Below are positions 12,951 through 28,183 of a stretch of DNA of 64,000 bases, one piece after another. Below the pieces are notes generated by a model. The model was not told where the DNA came from. It made no database searches and saw nothing but the letters and a program-made list of their open reading frames with translations. A program made the position numbers and the translations under genes. Source of the DNA: the human T2T-CHM13v2.0 reference genome, Homo sapiens; NCBI RefSeq assembly GCF_009914755.1, contig NC_060938.1; one strand, written 5' to 3'. Position 1 is the stretch's first letter. Each line of letters starts with the position of its first letter.

Positions 12951-13294
12951 TTTTAAATTTGTTTTATTTGTTTTTTTGTTTTGTTTTGTTTTGTTTTGTT
13001 TTGTTTTGTTTTGTTTTGTATTTGAGACAGAGTCTCACTCTGTCACCAGGCTGGAGTGCAATGGCATGATCTGGGTTCACTGCCTCCTGGGTTCAAGTGA
13101 TCCTCCTGCATCAGCCTCCTGAGTAGCTGGGACTACAGGTGCGTGCCACCACGCCCAGCTAATTTTTTGTATTTTTAGTAGAGATGGGGTTTCACCATGT
13201 TGGCCAGGATGGTCTCCATCTCTTGACCTCATGATCCGCCCACATTGGCCTCCCAAAATGCTGGTATTACAGGCATGAGCCACTACGTCCAGTC
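12951..13294 (-). mobile_element. AluSc-like with (TTTTG)n tail
   Basis: ggccaggatggtctccatctcttgacctcatgatcc; 14-bp TSD cccaccactgaaat at 12937-12950 and 13295-13308. Confidence 0.95.
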
Positions 13295-13841
13295 CCCACC
13301 ACTGAAATCTTTTGTGAGATTTCTGACCCATTCAGCCTTTGTGGACTGTATGTACTACTTTAGCTTCCTGTTGCCCTTCTGCCTTTCTGCTCATGGCTTC
13401 TTCTCCCTCTATTCCTTGATCCTAGACCCCTCAAGGCTCCTTCCAACATTAAGTTCCCCTTGCTCACTGCTGTCCCTGTGCTCCTTCTATGCCAGTGAAA
13501 ATGCTCCCAGCCTCCAAATGATGATTGTAACCCTCTGGAAGAAGGTCTTGACAGTTTTTCTGGTGGTAGAAAAGCAGCTTCTCCTTCTCTGTATTTTAGT
13601 CTTATGATAAAATTTCACCAAAAATAAAAATATTAATAAAAAATTGTGTGCACAAGATTTAAAGGTCTTTTAGTGCTTATATACATTCTTCCTTACATAT
13701 AAAACTCTCCAGGCTTTCTGGGTAACGGGTGGGTCAAGTTGTTTCCTTGAACTATCAGATGCTATCATTTAGTCTGATTCATGGAGAGCTTCCTCTGCTT
13801 GGTCTATTTGTGATTTGTTTCTGTCACCCAATCCCACCCAT

Positions 13842-13925
13842 GTAATTATTTAGAGGGTCTATCTCACTCCAGACAATAAGCTCCATGAGAGTGGGAACCA
13901 TGCATACATCTTCCTTTGTGTATAC
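13842..13925 (+). repeat. Inverted repeat arm 1 (L2-derived)
   Basis: Reverse complement of 14592-14675; 32-bp perfect core at 13884-13915. Confidence 0.9.
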
Positions 13926-14139
13926 ATCTTCCTATTTATCAAACAGACTCATATTTTTATACCAAGTATGTATAATGTGCAAGTTCTTTCTAAGGTGTCT
14001 GCTTGGCCGTATTAGTATTTGTGTATCATTGAAATTCCCCTGAGGACAGAAAAAGATTACCTAACTCAAACTGCCAAGCGTATGTGACTCCATCTCCTAC
14101 CCAACCAGGGCATCATGTTATGCCATATGAAATTCAGTG

Positions 14140-14141
<2 letters not shown>

Positions 14142-14180
<39 letters not shown>

Positions 14181-14221
14181 GTGTGTGTGTGAAAGAGAGA
14201 GAGACAGAGAGAGACAGAGAG
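14142..14221. repeat. Compound (TG)n(GA)n microsatellite
   Basis: Direct reading. Confidence 0.95.
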
Positions 14222-14306
14222 GTGATAGGGAATGGATAGCAGTGGCAGGAATAAGTTGGACACACCACCCAATTTAGTATATTAAAAAAAATGTTATTTT
14301 TTAAGT

Positions 14307-14516
14307 CATTGTTCTCATCTGGTGATGATTTTAACCCTAGAGGATATTGAGCAATATCTGGAGACACTTTTTATGTTCATGACTGGAGGGGTGCTACTGG
14401 CTTCTGGTGAGTAGAAATAAAGAATGTTACTAAACATTATGAAGCACGGAACAGTCCCCAATACAAAGGCTTATTTAGCCCAAAATGTCAATAGCGCTGA
14501 GGTTGAGCAACCCTGC
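14307..14516 (+). mobile_element. MER20 (hAT-Charlie MITE)
   Basis: caatatctggagacac, gggtgctactggc, cccaaaatgtcaatagcgctgaggttgagcaaccctg. Confidence 0.9.
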
Positions 14517-14591
14517 TCTAAGTGAAACATGGACGTTCTCACACATCCTGAGAGTTTATATTCCTCAAATATAAATGGAACATTAATGATA

Positions 14592-14720
14592 TGCTGCACA
14601 TAGGAAGATGTATGCATGGTTCCCACTCTCATGAAGCTTATTGTTTGGGATGAGATAGATTTTCTCAATAATTCAGTGTGATTAAGAGTGATGGGAGCTA
14701 CAATGGAAGTAGGATACAAT
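14592..14720 (-). repeat. Inverted repeat arm 2 / L2 fragment
   Basis: aggaagatgtatgcatggttcccactctcatg (14602-14633) is the exact reverse complement of 13884-13915; L2-like ccactctcatgaagctta. Confidence 0.9.
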
Positions 14721-16187
14721 ATCTATTGAAAAAAATGAAAGAGAAAATATTCAAGAATCCTAAATAAGAGTTAAATATTATTTTTATTGACTATTTGCAT
14801 TAATATTTATAGCAAAATCTCATTAACACAATGATGCTTTATTCAAAATAGCAAAATTCAAGGGAAATTATACTCTTTGGCCAACTAAATGTAACATTGT
14901 TAGCAAATAAATAGATGCAATAATCCAAACCACCTCCCCTTCCTTCCCTATCTCTCCTCCTCTCCCCTCCCCTTGCCATTCCATTTCTTTGCCTCAGAAT
15001 GTGGAATTAGTTTTTAGAACTAATCCAGAGAAAGTAAACTAATTTTTGTTTTAGACTGGAAAATATGTTTTTTTGAAAATCCAAGCTATAAGATGTTTCT
15101 TATTATCCATTTTTCTCCTCCTTTATCTGCAGGGAAATATCCTCTCTCTCTCATTCTCCCTCTCCTCCCCTCTCTCCCTCTCTCAAAAGCTCTTACAATG
15201 TCATTAACATCTGTTTACATTGACAATAAATAAAAGGCATCTGCAGGGATGAAAATACACTGATATGTTTTCAAACTTTATGACTTTTCTCCTAGTATTT
15301 GATCTTCATAATATGCACTTTCTGCTATGATCCAATTAATCTTAAACAGGATACCAGGCATGTAGACTGTTTGGTTTTAATTTACTAGGTTTTAACTGGT
15401 GGTATTTTCTCTTTGGGTATTGCTCTGCACCTATAAATTATTTGGTAGCAATTATCTCTTAAAATGTATCCAAATGCTTTTCACTTGCTTCCTGAATTCC
15501 AAGTAAGCCTTCGGTTGAGATATTCCTAAGAACTTATTTTAATGTTCTTTTTGTTTCTTCCTCTGACAGAGGGATATATGGGTGATTTTTTTGGCTTGCA
15601 GTATGTGTAATTTGAAGAGTGCTGGGAGCTTCCCTGACCAAAAATAACTCCATCTGTATACAATTTGATCATATCTCATTCCTTGCAGATTTAAAAAAAA
15701 TGAGTATAAAATTCTAAACTTCCTGATAACATCAGATTTATCAGGTAAGCTGTTAAAATCACAATTTAAATGAATCAGATTTGTGGGGAGTTGGAAACCA
15801 GGTTAGGTACTGTAAATCTTTGGTGTGTGGGCCACAGACATTACTGCTTCTATAAACAGATGAATCTGTAAGAGTCAATGGGCTGAAATAAGAAGAATGA
15901 ATGGGAGTTTTCTCAGCAGTGAGTCCTGTCTTTGATTTTCAATGTGTCTCTTATCAACTTTGTTTCTATAGATTCTTCACTTCTCTAACCCCAAGGTTCC
16001 TTCACTGCAAAAAGGATGCTATTCTTACCTTGAAGGATGGTTATGCAAATGAAAAGTAAAGTAATGATAACGATTCTGCTACATTTTATTTTCTGAGTTT
16101 TTAACCTGTATTATTGAATTTTATTCTCACAAACTATTACTGTGTACAAGAAATGACATTACGGAAAAATTAAATAACTTGCCTCTA

Positions 16188-16637
<450 letters not shown>

Positions 16638-17630
16638 CTATTTAAGATGTGTTCAAAATTATCATGGGCAGATTATTCAATGTGATCTAATGGCCTGAAA
16701 TATTGCAATCAGTGTAACCTCTTTTATTCTTGTGCATTATGGTTAAATATGCTAGCAAACTCTACCACAGGCTTCCATTTACCCTGCAACTGCTATTAAC
16801 AAGAGAATATGTTGACAGCTGAACCTGTGTTAGAATGGGTGATTAAAGAGGGTATATTTCAGTTTTCCTCTATGCATTTAGCCCAGAATGAGTTCCTAAA
16901 CTAAATTTGCTTTCCTTAATTATCTAAATCAATTGTTTGAATGGCACCGTATCTACACAATAGCAGTACAACTTCACACTTAATTTTAATTAGCTAAACA
17001 TAAAGTGACTGGGTTGGCAATTGAACAGAAGGAAAATTTATAATATTAAACCCATACTGCCACAAATGTTGAAGCCCATCAAACAAAGAAGTCTGTTCTT
17101 TTTTCCCCTCTACTCCTGAAAATTAATATATATATTTCTCCACAAAATGCCTAGCAGTCCTTGTTGATCTACCCACATTTTAAATAGTGCATGAACAATG
17201 GGGCTTAGGCAAGCTTGCAGTGCAATACACAACACCTGTTCACAGACTCAGTAATATAACATGCCTATTGTCATAAGCAATTTTGGATCTCTGAGTTTTC
17301 AAATAGATAATGAGCATTGAAATATCTTTATCAGTAGTGTAATGGAAAAAATGAAAAATTCCAAAAATGATGAGGCGTCATTGGATGTTGCAGGAAAAGT
17401 CTACCCTGCAGTATTCCAAGAAGCCTTACCATATGGTAGTCATTACGTTACTAAATCTGCCAAGAATTAGGTACCTGCCCTCATATTTGCTATCTCAGTA
17501 ATTTTAAATTTTAGGATCCATGTTCATCAGACAGGGAAATATCATATTAACCAACATCAGAGGAACAATATGGTGATTTAATTAATGTATAGTGAAAGAT
17601 CATTGTTACTGGAATCAGAATACTCTAGTT

Positions 17631-17957
17631 CAGAGGTTGGCAAACTTTTGTGTAAAAGGTCAAATAGATAATAAACATTTTAGGCTTTGCAGACCACATG
17701 ATCTGTTGCAACTATCCAACTCTGCTTTTGTAAATAGAAACACAGCCATTCACAATACTAAACCAATGGTCAAGGCTGTGTTCCAATTGAACTTTATTTG
17801 AGAACAGAAATTTGAATTTTGTATGATTTTCATGTGTTACAAAATGTAATTGTGGAGGTTCTTTATTCCCACTATTTCAAAAAATAACAGTGATTCTTAG
17901 TTCATGGACCATACCCCCCAAAAGAAACAAAAGGTAGGCCTTAGTTTGCCAACCCTG
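17631..17957. mobile_element. MER58B (hAT-Charlie)
   Basis: TIRs cagaggttggcaaact / agtttgccaaccctg; ggctgtgttccaattgaactttattt. Confidence 0.88.
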
Positions 17958-17993
17958 GCTCTAACCTAAGATCAAGGAATTCACATACAAATC

Positions 17994-18060
17994 AAGTGAC
18001 CATATAATTTACCGTTCAAATCTGGATACTTTAGAGTGAAAAGATGCTCTAAGCTAATAA
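17994..18060. mobile_element. MER94/Blackjack-type hAT terminus
   Basis: gtgaccatataatttaccgttcaaatctggatactttagagtgaaa resembles the MER94 end; the element may extend to about 18720. Confidence 0.5.
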
Positions 18061-18959
18061 AAATTACATACAATATTTCCTAATAAGAATATTTTTGAAA
18101 CATTTATAAGACTAGAAAGAGAAGTAAATAGCAAATAACTGACATACAAATATCATTTTTATTTTGATCATCTGGTTAGTAAAATATAATACACTCAGAC
18201 TAAATATTCTTAGTGTGTGGTCATGATGTTAAATCAGTTTGTCAGCCACGCATATCTCAAATAACACATCTCACAGCTTGCTTACATAGTCATCATGTGG
18301 TTGGTAGGGACAACAGCATCAAGCCCTTCCCTTCCACCTGAGAGAGCTGCCCTGCACCTTTGTCCAACAGCCTTCCGTTTCATCATCAACCACTTGTATG
18401 CATGCTGGCCTTGAAAAGGAAGCATTAGTCACTTTGCATCTGGAAAAGGCTGAAAAAAGAATAGATGGGTTATTGTTACCTCTCTTGTTAGAATTTAATC
18501 TCATGCCAAATTAAGGTTTCTGTTCACTGCTTATGAGTCTCACATTGAGACTGAGGCCAAACCAAGTCCCAGAAGCACAAAATAGAGACCCTCCAAAATG
18601 ATCCTAGCTCATTTTAATTTTATAAATAATAATAACATTTCATCATTTTCATAAAATGAAATACTTGAGACAAACGGCAAGTCATAAGGGATGCTAGGAT
18701 AACACTTGCCTGGGACAGGACAGATCTGCCCCATTTTCCCAACATGCCTTCTGATTTTCCATTGTATAACCTTCTTCAAGTAAATGCTCAAATGGAATCT
18801 TAAATATAAGGCCTTGACTGCCTTATGCAAAATTGAAACCTCATCTGTTGCCTCTCATACACACCTGGAATTCCTCATCTCCCTTGTTCTCCTATAGCTT
18901 TTATTTTCCCCTCCTCCTCCCCCTTCTTCTCCTCTTCCTCCTTCTTTTTTAAATAGCAG

Positions 18960-19140
18960 TGACTCCTTCTAACATACTACAAAATTTATTTATTTATCAT
19001 GTTTGATTCATCTGACATTCCCAAGTTGAATGTTAATTCCCCAAAATAAGAGACTTTTGCATGTTTTCTCCCCTAATGCATTTAAAGCCCTTAGAATATG
19101 TCTGATACATAATAAGTCCTAATACAAATTTGTTTAACAA
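18960..19140 (+). mobile_element. L2 3' fragment
   Basis: gaatgttaattcccc...gcccttagaatatgtctgatacataataagtcctaatac. Confidence 0.6.
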
Positions 19141-19144
19141 CTTA

Positions 19145-19375
19145 ATAATAATAGGCTATATGTTATGGAAACAGCTTCATATCACTGTATCAAGCACATT
19201 TCATAGATTGACTTCACAGTTCTTGCTGTAACTGAAGTGGGAGCTATTTTTCTCGCCAGTTTACCAATTAGAAAACCAACGTATGAAGAGCTTAAGTAAA
19301 TTGTCAAATACCTGTCAAGTGGCAGAGCAAGATTTGGATCTAGAAATCTGACTCCAGAGTTTGTATTCTCAAACT
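19145..19375 (-). mobile_element. MIR
   Basis: caagtggcagagcaagatttggatctagaaatctgactccagag. Confidence 0.7.
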
Positions 19376-19433
19376 TGTGAAACATTTTTATATTAAATAA
19401 AACTTTAGTTGTCAAATATATTTTTTTAAAACG

Positions 19434-19531
19434 CAGTCATACATTGCTTAACTATGGAAATACATTGTTACATGTATGTACATATATGCATTCTGCCATT
19501 GACCAAAATATCTTTATACATTGCATGGTTG
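19434..19531. mobile_element. Internally deleted Tigger3/MER47-type element
   Basis: Both termini present: cagtcatacattgcttaac ... cattgaccaaaatatctttatacattgcatggttg, followed by TA. Confidence 0.55.
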
Positions 19532-19599
19532 TAATAGTGATTTTTTTAAGTCATGGAAAAAACAACTTTTAAAAAGTTATTCCATAAAGTAGAATAAAA

Positions 19600-21300
<1,701 letters not shown>

Positions 21301-21524
21301 CAGTTAAGAGTTGAGAAGAGTCTTCTGGGAATGGAGATTAGAGATGATGACAGTAGGGAAAGCAATTCTTTTTTTTTTCTCTTTTATTTGACAATTTTCA
21401 AAATAATGGAAAAAAGTGAACATTTTTTAACAACAAAAAAAGGTAGATAATGGAACCAAAATTACGAGAGTTAGCTATGTCATACATTTAACACCATTAG
21501 CATTGTGTTAATGTCTATTTTGCC

Positions 21525-21980
21525 TACCATCATTATTACCTTTCGAACTTCATCTCATGCCTACTCAGCCACCTCTTTTAATTTTTTGAGCTTATAGTGC
21601 ATGCTCCAGCCCCAGGTGCTTTCTGCACATTGCACCCTTAGCCTGAATTCTCTCCACTTAGTTATTTGCAGGCTCACTCACTCACCCACTTGAGACCTTG
21701 CATATAGTGCCCATTTTCAGCAAACTTTTATCTGCTTAGGTAAAAACTTTCTCTTCTTTGAAACTACCCATTCATTCCTTTTTCCTGCTTTGTTTTTCCT
21801 CCATAGTACTCACTACCATGTAGCAGATTGTACACCTTACGTGCATTTTGTTTAATTTCTATTACCATTAGAAGACGAGAGTCATGAAATCAGAATATGT
21901 CTATTGCATTCACTGCTCTAACATCTAGGATGATGGGCAGCACATAGTAAATGTGCAATAAACTTTTGTTGAATAAATGA
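21525..21980 (+). mobile_element. L2a 3' region
   Basis: ttttcctccatagtactcactacc...gcacatagtaaatgtgcaataaacttttgttgaataaatga. Confidence 0.75.
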
Positions 21981-22169
21981 CTTACAGATGCCCTTGCTAA
22001 GGGAATAGAATTGCTCATGGTCAATTGGCAAAGATTCCTGTCTGTTGGCCAGGATTTGGAAGAGCTTTGGCAATGTTTGCATTATTTGTCTTTCATAACT
22101 AGCAAAGCCACATTCATTCTTTATTGCTGCCATCTCTTACCAAGTATTTCATATAGTCTCTAAGTATTT

Positions 22170-22350
22170 ACATATTTTTTCATATAGTCCCTGAACATCT
22201 GTAAAATAGCTATTATAAAACCCATTTTACAGAAGGAAAATAAGAAACTCAGACTGAGAGATTATAAGTAACTTAGTTAAAGCCTTAATTAAAGCCTATA
22301 ATTAATTTAGTTAAACCTGGCTACCAAATGCCAGAATTAATATATTCAGT
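22170..22350 (-). mobile_element. MIR
   Basis: cccattttacagaaggaaaataagaaactcagactgagag. Confidence 0.55.
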
Positions 22351-22741
22351 CAGGCCATAGTCAGGCTTTGAAGGCCTGGGATACATTTTTAAATGACTTT
22401 GCATTGAGTGTGTATCAAGTAAATACTTTTCTCTGCAAATTATAGAGAGCTAAATTCCATTGGTTAATGTAATAAAAGCTATTTATTGTCTTATATAAAT
22501 AAAAAATACCGTATAGGGGTAGGGCAAGTTCCTGGTAAGAGTTTATGATGTCTTCAGGTGTATAGCTATATTTCTCTGTGATTCCTTTAACTCTGACTTT
22601 GTATGTTTGCTTTTTATCCAACTGGCTTTTCTTATGTCAAAATGTGGACACCTCTACATTCTCAGCTTTATCTTAAGACAAGGCTTAAGAACCGATGTTC
22701 AAATTGATTAAAAGTACTCAAGACTTTCCTATCAAACTGGT

Positions 22742-23143
22742 TGATGTGGTTTGGCTGTGTCCCCAACCAAATCTCATCTTAAATTGTAGTTCCCATAATC
22801 CCTACCTGTCGTGGGAGGGGACCTGGTGAGAGGTAATTTAATCATGGGAGCGGTTACCTCCATGCTGTTCTCAGGATAGTGAGTGAGTTCTCATTGTTCT
22901 CATGATAGCGACTGAGTTCTTATGAGATCTGATGGTTTTATAAGGGGCTTTCCCCCCTTTTGCTCTGTACTTCTTTCCTGCCGTCATGTGAAGAAAGACG
23001 TATTTGCTCCCTCTTCCACCATGATTGTAAGTTTCCTGAGGCCTTGCCAGCCATGCGAAACTGTGAGTCAATTTAACCTCTTTCCTTATAAATTACCCAG
23101 TCTTGGGTGTGTCTTTATTAGCGGTGTAAGAACAGACTAATAC
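22742..23143 (+). mobile_element. THE1D solo LTR
   Basis: tgatgtggtttggctgtgtcccc...gaacagactaatac; TSD ctggt at 22737-22741 and 23144-23148; internal ~29-bp tandem duplication. Confidence 0.93.
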
Positions 23144-24069
23144 CTGGTGATGGAATCATCATCTACACAACCCAGTGAGGACATGCGGGATCCATACTCT
23201 ACAGCCAGCCACAATTTTTAACATAGAATATAGTTTGTTCCCTAAATTTCATAGGTGTTATTTAAATGTATTTCCTGGAAGCTATGGGTATAATGACGAC
23301 AGAATACAAAATGGATGAGACTTGTTCCATAAACATTACTGTGTAATAATTATTTTTATTCTCTAATAATAGCCAATGCAAATGGAAAGAAGGAGACAAG
23401 CATAGACTTTTTTTTAAAATAAAGAAAATAACAGGAAGAGGAAGAAGATAGGAATGAGAAATACTTAGCTTTTTTGGTGGTGAGTGGGACAACAAGAAAT
23501 GAGAAGCAATTCTCTACAGAAGATGAAAAAATACTCATAACAAGTCTTACTTCAGTTACCATTTTCTTGTGATGCCTACTTAAATGCTTTTTCCTTTATT
23601 TGGTGATGAAACACAATGTAAAATATTTAACACAAAGGAAACTAGTTATTGTCAAATGTAACAAAACTAACTAAAAATCTGAGTGTCTATTGTATAGCAG
23701 TGACACTATAACTAAGGTGACATCCGCAATCAGAACCATGTCTGTTGAGCATAATGTTTTCCTTTATTTAGAGAAATAATTTATGCCTGGGAAATAGACT
23801 GGTTTTCACATAAATTTAGCAGGACTGAAGGTAATTGACAGCCCATAGATAGAATCCCTCCATTAGTTAACAAGACGGGTCTCATATGTGTTATTCTGAC
23901 TATAATATTGCCTCAAACAGAGGATGCAACAGTGAGTTAACAATTTACATTAAATGACAGAAAATACTTTTCTTATTCTTGCTTTTATAATCTAAAAGGA
24001 CTTTGAAATACACACATACACACACATGCTTATTCACAACCTGCCATAATAAGTAAGGAAATTATTGGG

Positions 24070-24103
24070 GTGTGTGTGTGTGTGTGTGTTTGTGTGTGTG
24101 TGT
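24070..24103. repeat. (TG)n microsatellite
   Basis: Direct reading. Confidence 0.9.
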
Positions 24104-24381
24104 ATACAGTGTTTATTCATTTGGTAATTACAGTGTTTGGTAATTTAAGTCATCATTTTAACAGTATGAAAATTTTACTTAAAAATACTGCTCTCTGATT
24201 TCGCTTGAAAAAAATAAAATAGAAGAGTAGAATAAAGATAACAAGCAGAAGTTGAGTTGCCGCTGCCTCTTCAGGGGAGTACCTTCTCTCCCATTTGCCA
24301 GTTACACTCTGTATGGAATAACATTCACCTTCTTTATAAGCTTTACTAATTGACTGCTCCCTACATAGCCAATATGACCTA

Positions 24382-24700
24382 TGTCAAAGAGAAATAGCAC
24401 TAGACACTTGTTAAACTTGGCAAGACAGACTTTATTCCGACTACCGCAGTAAGAGAAAAAGATTTCACTGTAAACCGAGCTCAACTCCAACCAAGACAAA
24501 GGTGACTGAGGTTTTAAATGAACAATAGAGAAGAAACAAAAAGGGGCCATGGGGAAGTGAAAAAGCACAAAAAGAAGCAAGGAGAGCGATGAAGAAACAA
24601 AAAGGAATCTAAGGGGAAATAGAAAATCATGGAGAGGAGTAGAAAATTACTGACAATGGTTGAGTGGACCATGTGGGTTGGGACAAGGAACATTTTGTGG
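24382..24700 (-). mobile_element. ERV1 LTR fragment (MER31/MER67-like)
   Basis: tgtcaaagagaaatagcactagacacttgttaaacttggcaagacagactttattc...gagctcaactcc; antisense AATAAA. Confidence 0.55.
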
Positions 24701-26644
24701 TTTGGCAGTATTGCAATATTTTAAACAGATATTTTAATACTTGGGGCTGTGGAGAGTGGTTGGGTCTAGTGCAGGCAGAAGACAGGCTGAAGTAGCTACG
24801 TCTCTTAACACAATGCTCAGGCAACTTCTTTTTGCTGTGTGGGAGTTCACAGTTCACACCTACCATGCTTGCTTTAAAATTAAGATGCAAAGCATTGATC
24901 AACATAGAGGGAAGGGGAGGAGGGAGAGGTGACAGAGGAGTGGCCCAGATGCATGGCCCAGGCTACAAAACTCCTATGTGAAATTGCTTTTCAAACTGAA
25001 TGCTCATATCCACTGGAAGGGGGGTCAGATTGCCATGAGGAGTTTGAAACCCCAAGATAGATAAGGCTCATTGCCCTGGAGGAGTAATTTTACTGAACAA
25101 GCAAGTCGTTTTGAGCATATTTTAAATACTTGCTATGCTCCCCAGCAGCACAGAATATAATCATCTTGCTCTCTGTCATTAATCCAGAATCACCAGAATG
25201 TCCAGCTCTCACTATTTTTCCTTCCCCTCCCCTTCCTCCTCTTCTTTCTCTGTCTCTTCATTTTTCTTTTTCTCCTTCTTTACTCTTTCACTCAAAGTAG
25301 TTTGTATAAAAAGATGTTCAGAAAATTGAGAATAAAGAGTAAAGATTTCAGTCTATATTTCTGGAATACTAAGAATATAAATACTTTCAGGTCCCTATTT
25401 TCAGGAAAAGGAGAGAAGGAGAGACAGACAGAGAACAAGAGAATAATGAGATGTCCTGAAGTCAAATTGTTCAAAAGATTATAATTGCTCTGTAACTGAT
25501 GCATTTTGAATTTCCCTGTTTTAACTCAATCTTTTGGCTTATTTGTTTTTTATTGAAAAAGTACTTATTTTCTAACTTTGAGGTACATAAATTCAATAAT
25601 TAAAAAGAACAGTACCGATTGTTTTTAACATGCAAAAGTCAAAGTGTCAAATAATCATTCAGAAACATTCTTATAAGTTGGGTTTAATTTAAATCACTTT
25701 CTAAGATGTTTGGCGTAGGCTTGATAATTTATTCACATTTTTCTGGTCTCCCAAATTTAGCTTGAAAACATGCCAAAAGGGATATAATTTTTCCCCATAA
25801 CTTTCTGCTCCCATTTAGAATGCAAATTACTGCAGAACAGCATCTTGCACGATATGGTAACTTTTCCACGTCTGAACTGCAGAAAATAGGAATATGTGTC
25901 ACTAATATTTGTTAACTTTTTCCAGTGTTTGGGATGAAGTGGACTTTAAGCAGACCAGGTCAAAACTGCAGAGCCAGAGAAAGGGATGTTTGAGTTTCCA
26001 TTTCCTGAATCTACTCACTGATCCCAGAATTTTATTACTCATTTGTCTTCTTGATGGAGGGGACGACTAACTGTCAAGCCCACATCATATGCACGTCTCA
26101 TAACTCACAAGCTGTCATTTCTTCTTTCTAAGTAGCACCTTTTGTTAGGAATGATAAACCAAATCCCTGTGAGATTTTTTTTTTTTAATTCAAACCTAGG
26201 GGAGTGGAGGGTTCCCATAGTTACAGCTATTGTTATCAAACTTATTTTAAAATTTTTTAAACGCCAGTTTTTTTTTAAGATAATGTGTTGATTTCCTGGG
26301 ATGATTGTTGAGAGGTCAATATCACACTCTGTCACTGTGCTGTAACCTCAACTTGTTCTTTATTAAAAATCAGAAAGAGATTTTTCTTTCTTGCCTGTTG
26401 AATTGCTTTAAGAGAGCTCTGCACATTTTGTCAGCTCTTCTTGGTGGGGTTACCTCTTTAATTCCCAGCTACCCAGTGTGTAGAGATCCCTAAGAAAAAA
26501 AGACACTTATCGGATTAAGAGCAGCATGCATTAAGACTATTGTCTTTGGTGAAATCAATTAAAAGATCACGATTACTTGAAGAGAGAAATTTTCTTTTAC
26601 TTCAGTTATATAACAAAGGAATCCATGGTAAATTATTATTAATG

Positions 26645-27850
26645 ATAAACCATTATAGAGGACCAACTATGTTTCAAAATTACTTTGCTAAGGTTTGAGG
26701 GCATGTAAATAAATAGATCTCTTGTATTACCCTCAAAGAATTACAGGTTGGGTTAAGAAGTAGCAGAGACAAGCATGTAAACAGTAACTCAAAAAATATG
26801 CATGTGATAAAAAAGTGTATGGATAAAAATGAATGGGAGTGCAGATGAGAGAGGATCAAATTCTTCCTAGGGCTTTTGCTGGGAAAATCTTATTTAAAAA
26901 AAAGTAAATAAATAGGTTGAGCCAATATGTAGGAGTTCAACAGACTGACAAGGGACAAAGGGAATAATTGGAAAAGGGAAGGTGATGTTGTTATCTGCAA
27001 CGTGCCAGGTAGTTATCACAAAATCACCTAAAACACAGGTAAGCATAGATAGCATAGTAAAGTCTTGAAGAAGCTGTGTGGTCGTCATATCAGACTGTAT
27101 AAGAGAAAGTGGTGAAAAATAAGGTGGAAAAGGTCACTTTTCCAACGGGACATGCCTTGAAGGGTCAGGAAGAGCATAAGCTGAGTTTCAAAGGAGGTAT
27201 AACATCAAAAAAAGGCATCCAAGTTTTCCACACAGTATGAAAATAAGATTTCTGGGGGGAAAATTGGCCAAGCAGGCAAGATTTGAACGGAGGCCTTACT
27301 TAGCATAGTAAGGAAAGAAAAGATCACGATGTCTACAATACTGTGATTAAGAAGTGTGAACTTTATCATCCAGGGAGCAACAGAGGGGTCCATTGCAAGC
27401 ATAAAGTAGAGGGAAGACATCTGCAAAGCTCTCTTGCAGAAAGATTAATCTGGCAGAGTGTGATGTCTTGGAGGAATACGTGGGAGTAGGTCAGTGGCTG
27501 GGAACAAGTCATTTATTCAAATCTAAAATGGTAAGAGCTACAGTAACGGTGATGTCAGGGGAAATAATCACACAATGGCCATAAAGAATGCCCTCATATA
27601 CATAGTATAACTTCTTGTTCTTCAGCTCCTCCATTAAACTGAGTTGTTCCCTCCAGCTTTGTGAGTGCCAAGCCAGGATGGATCTCACATGGCTGGCAAT
27701 GATTTCACACATGAGCACCATTCTATTGGCAGTTTCCTTTTCCAGCTCACACATACACCAGATTTTGTATTTTTGGTGAATGAATTAAATCAGACTAGGA
27801 GGAGCAGTGTGCCCAATGTTGCAATGGTAAGGAAGGAGATAATGGGAAAG
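26645..27850 (-). mobile_element. L2 (L2b/c-like), interrupted at about 27510-27787
   Basis: ccctcaaagaattacag, gaactttatcatccagggagcaacagagggg, agaaagattaatctggcagagtgtg, gactaggaggagcagtg..gttgcaatgg. Confidence 0.6.
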
Positions 27851-27855
27851 GTCAT

Positions 27856-28183
27856 TTCATGTTAACTTACTCTGGCAGTGAGAACTCTTCCTCCCTTTCA
27901 TTCCCTCTGTGCTCTAAACATCAAGTCAGGAGAGAATAGACCAATGTAGTTGTAAGGACCGTGTTTTTCTAATGGACTTATAAAACACAGCCCCTCCCTT
28001 CCTATAACTCTACCTGTAACTCTAATAGACTCCTTCTTCATAGTCTCAACATTCTGTGCTTCACTCAACTGCAGCACTAAGGAAGGGGAAAGACGAGAAG
28101 CAGAGGGGGAAAAGCATGGCTGATATTCCGAACACTAGGGAGGACAAATACTGCTGAAGAATTTATGATGATAATGTAAACAG
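27856..28183 (+). repeat. 328-bp local direct duplication, copy 1
   Basis: About 88-90% identical by eye to 30316-30643, offset 2460 bp. Confidence 0.97.
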
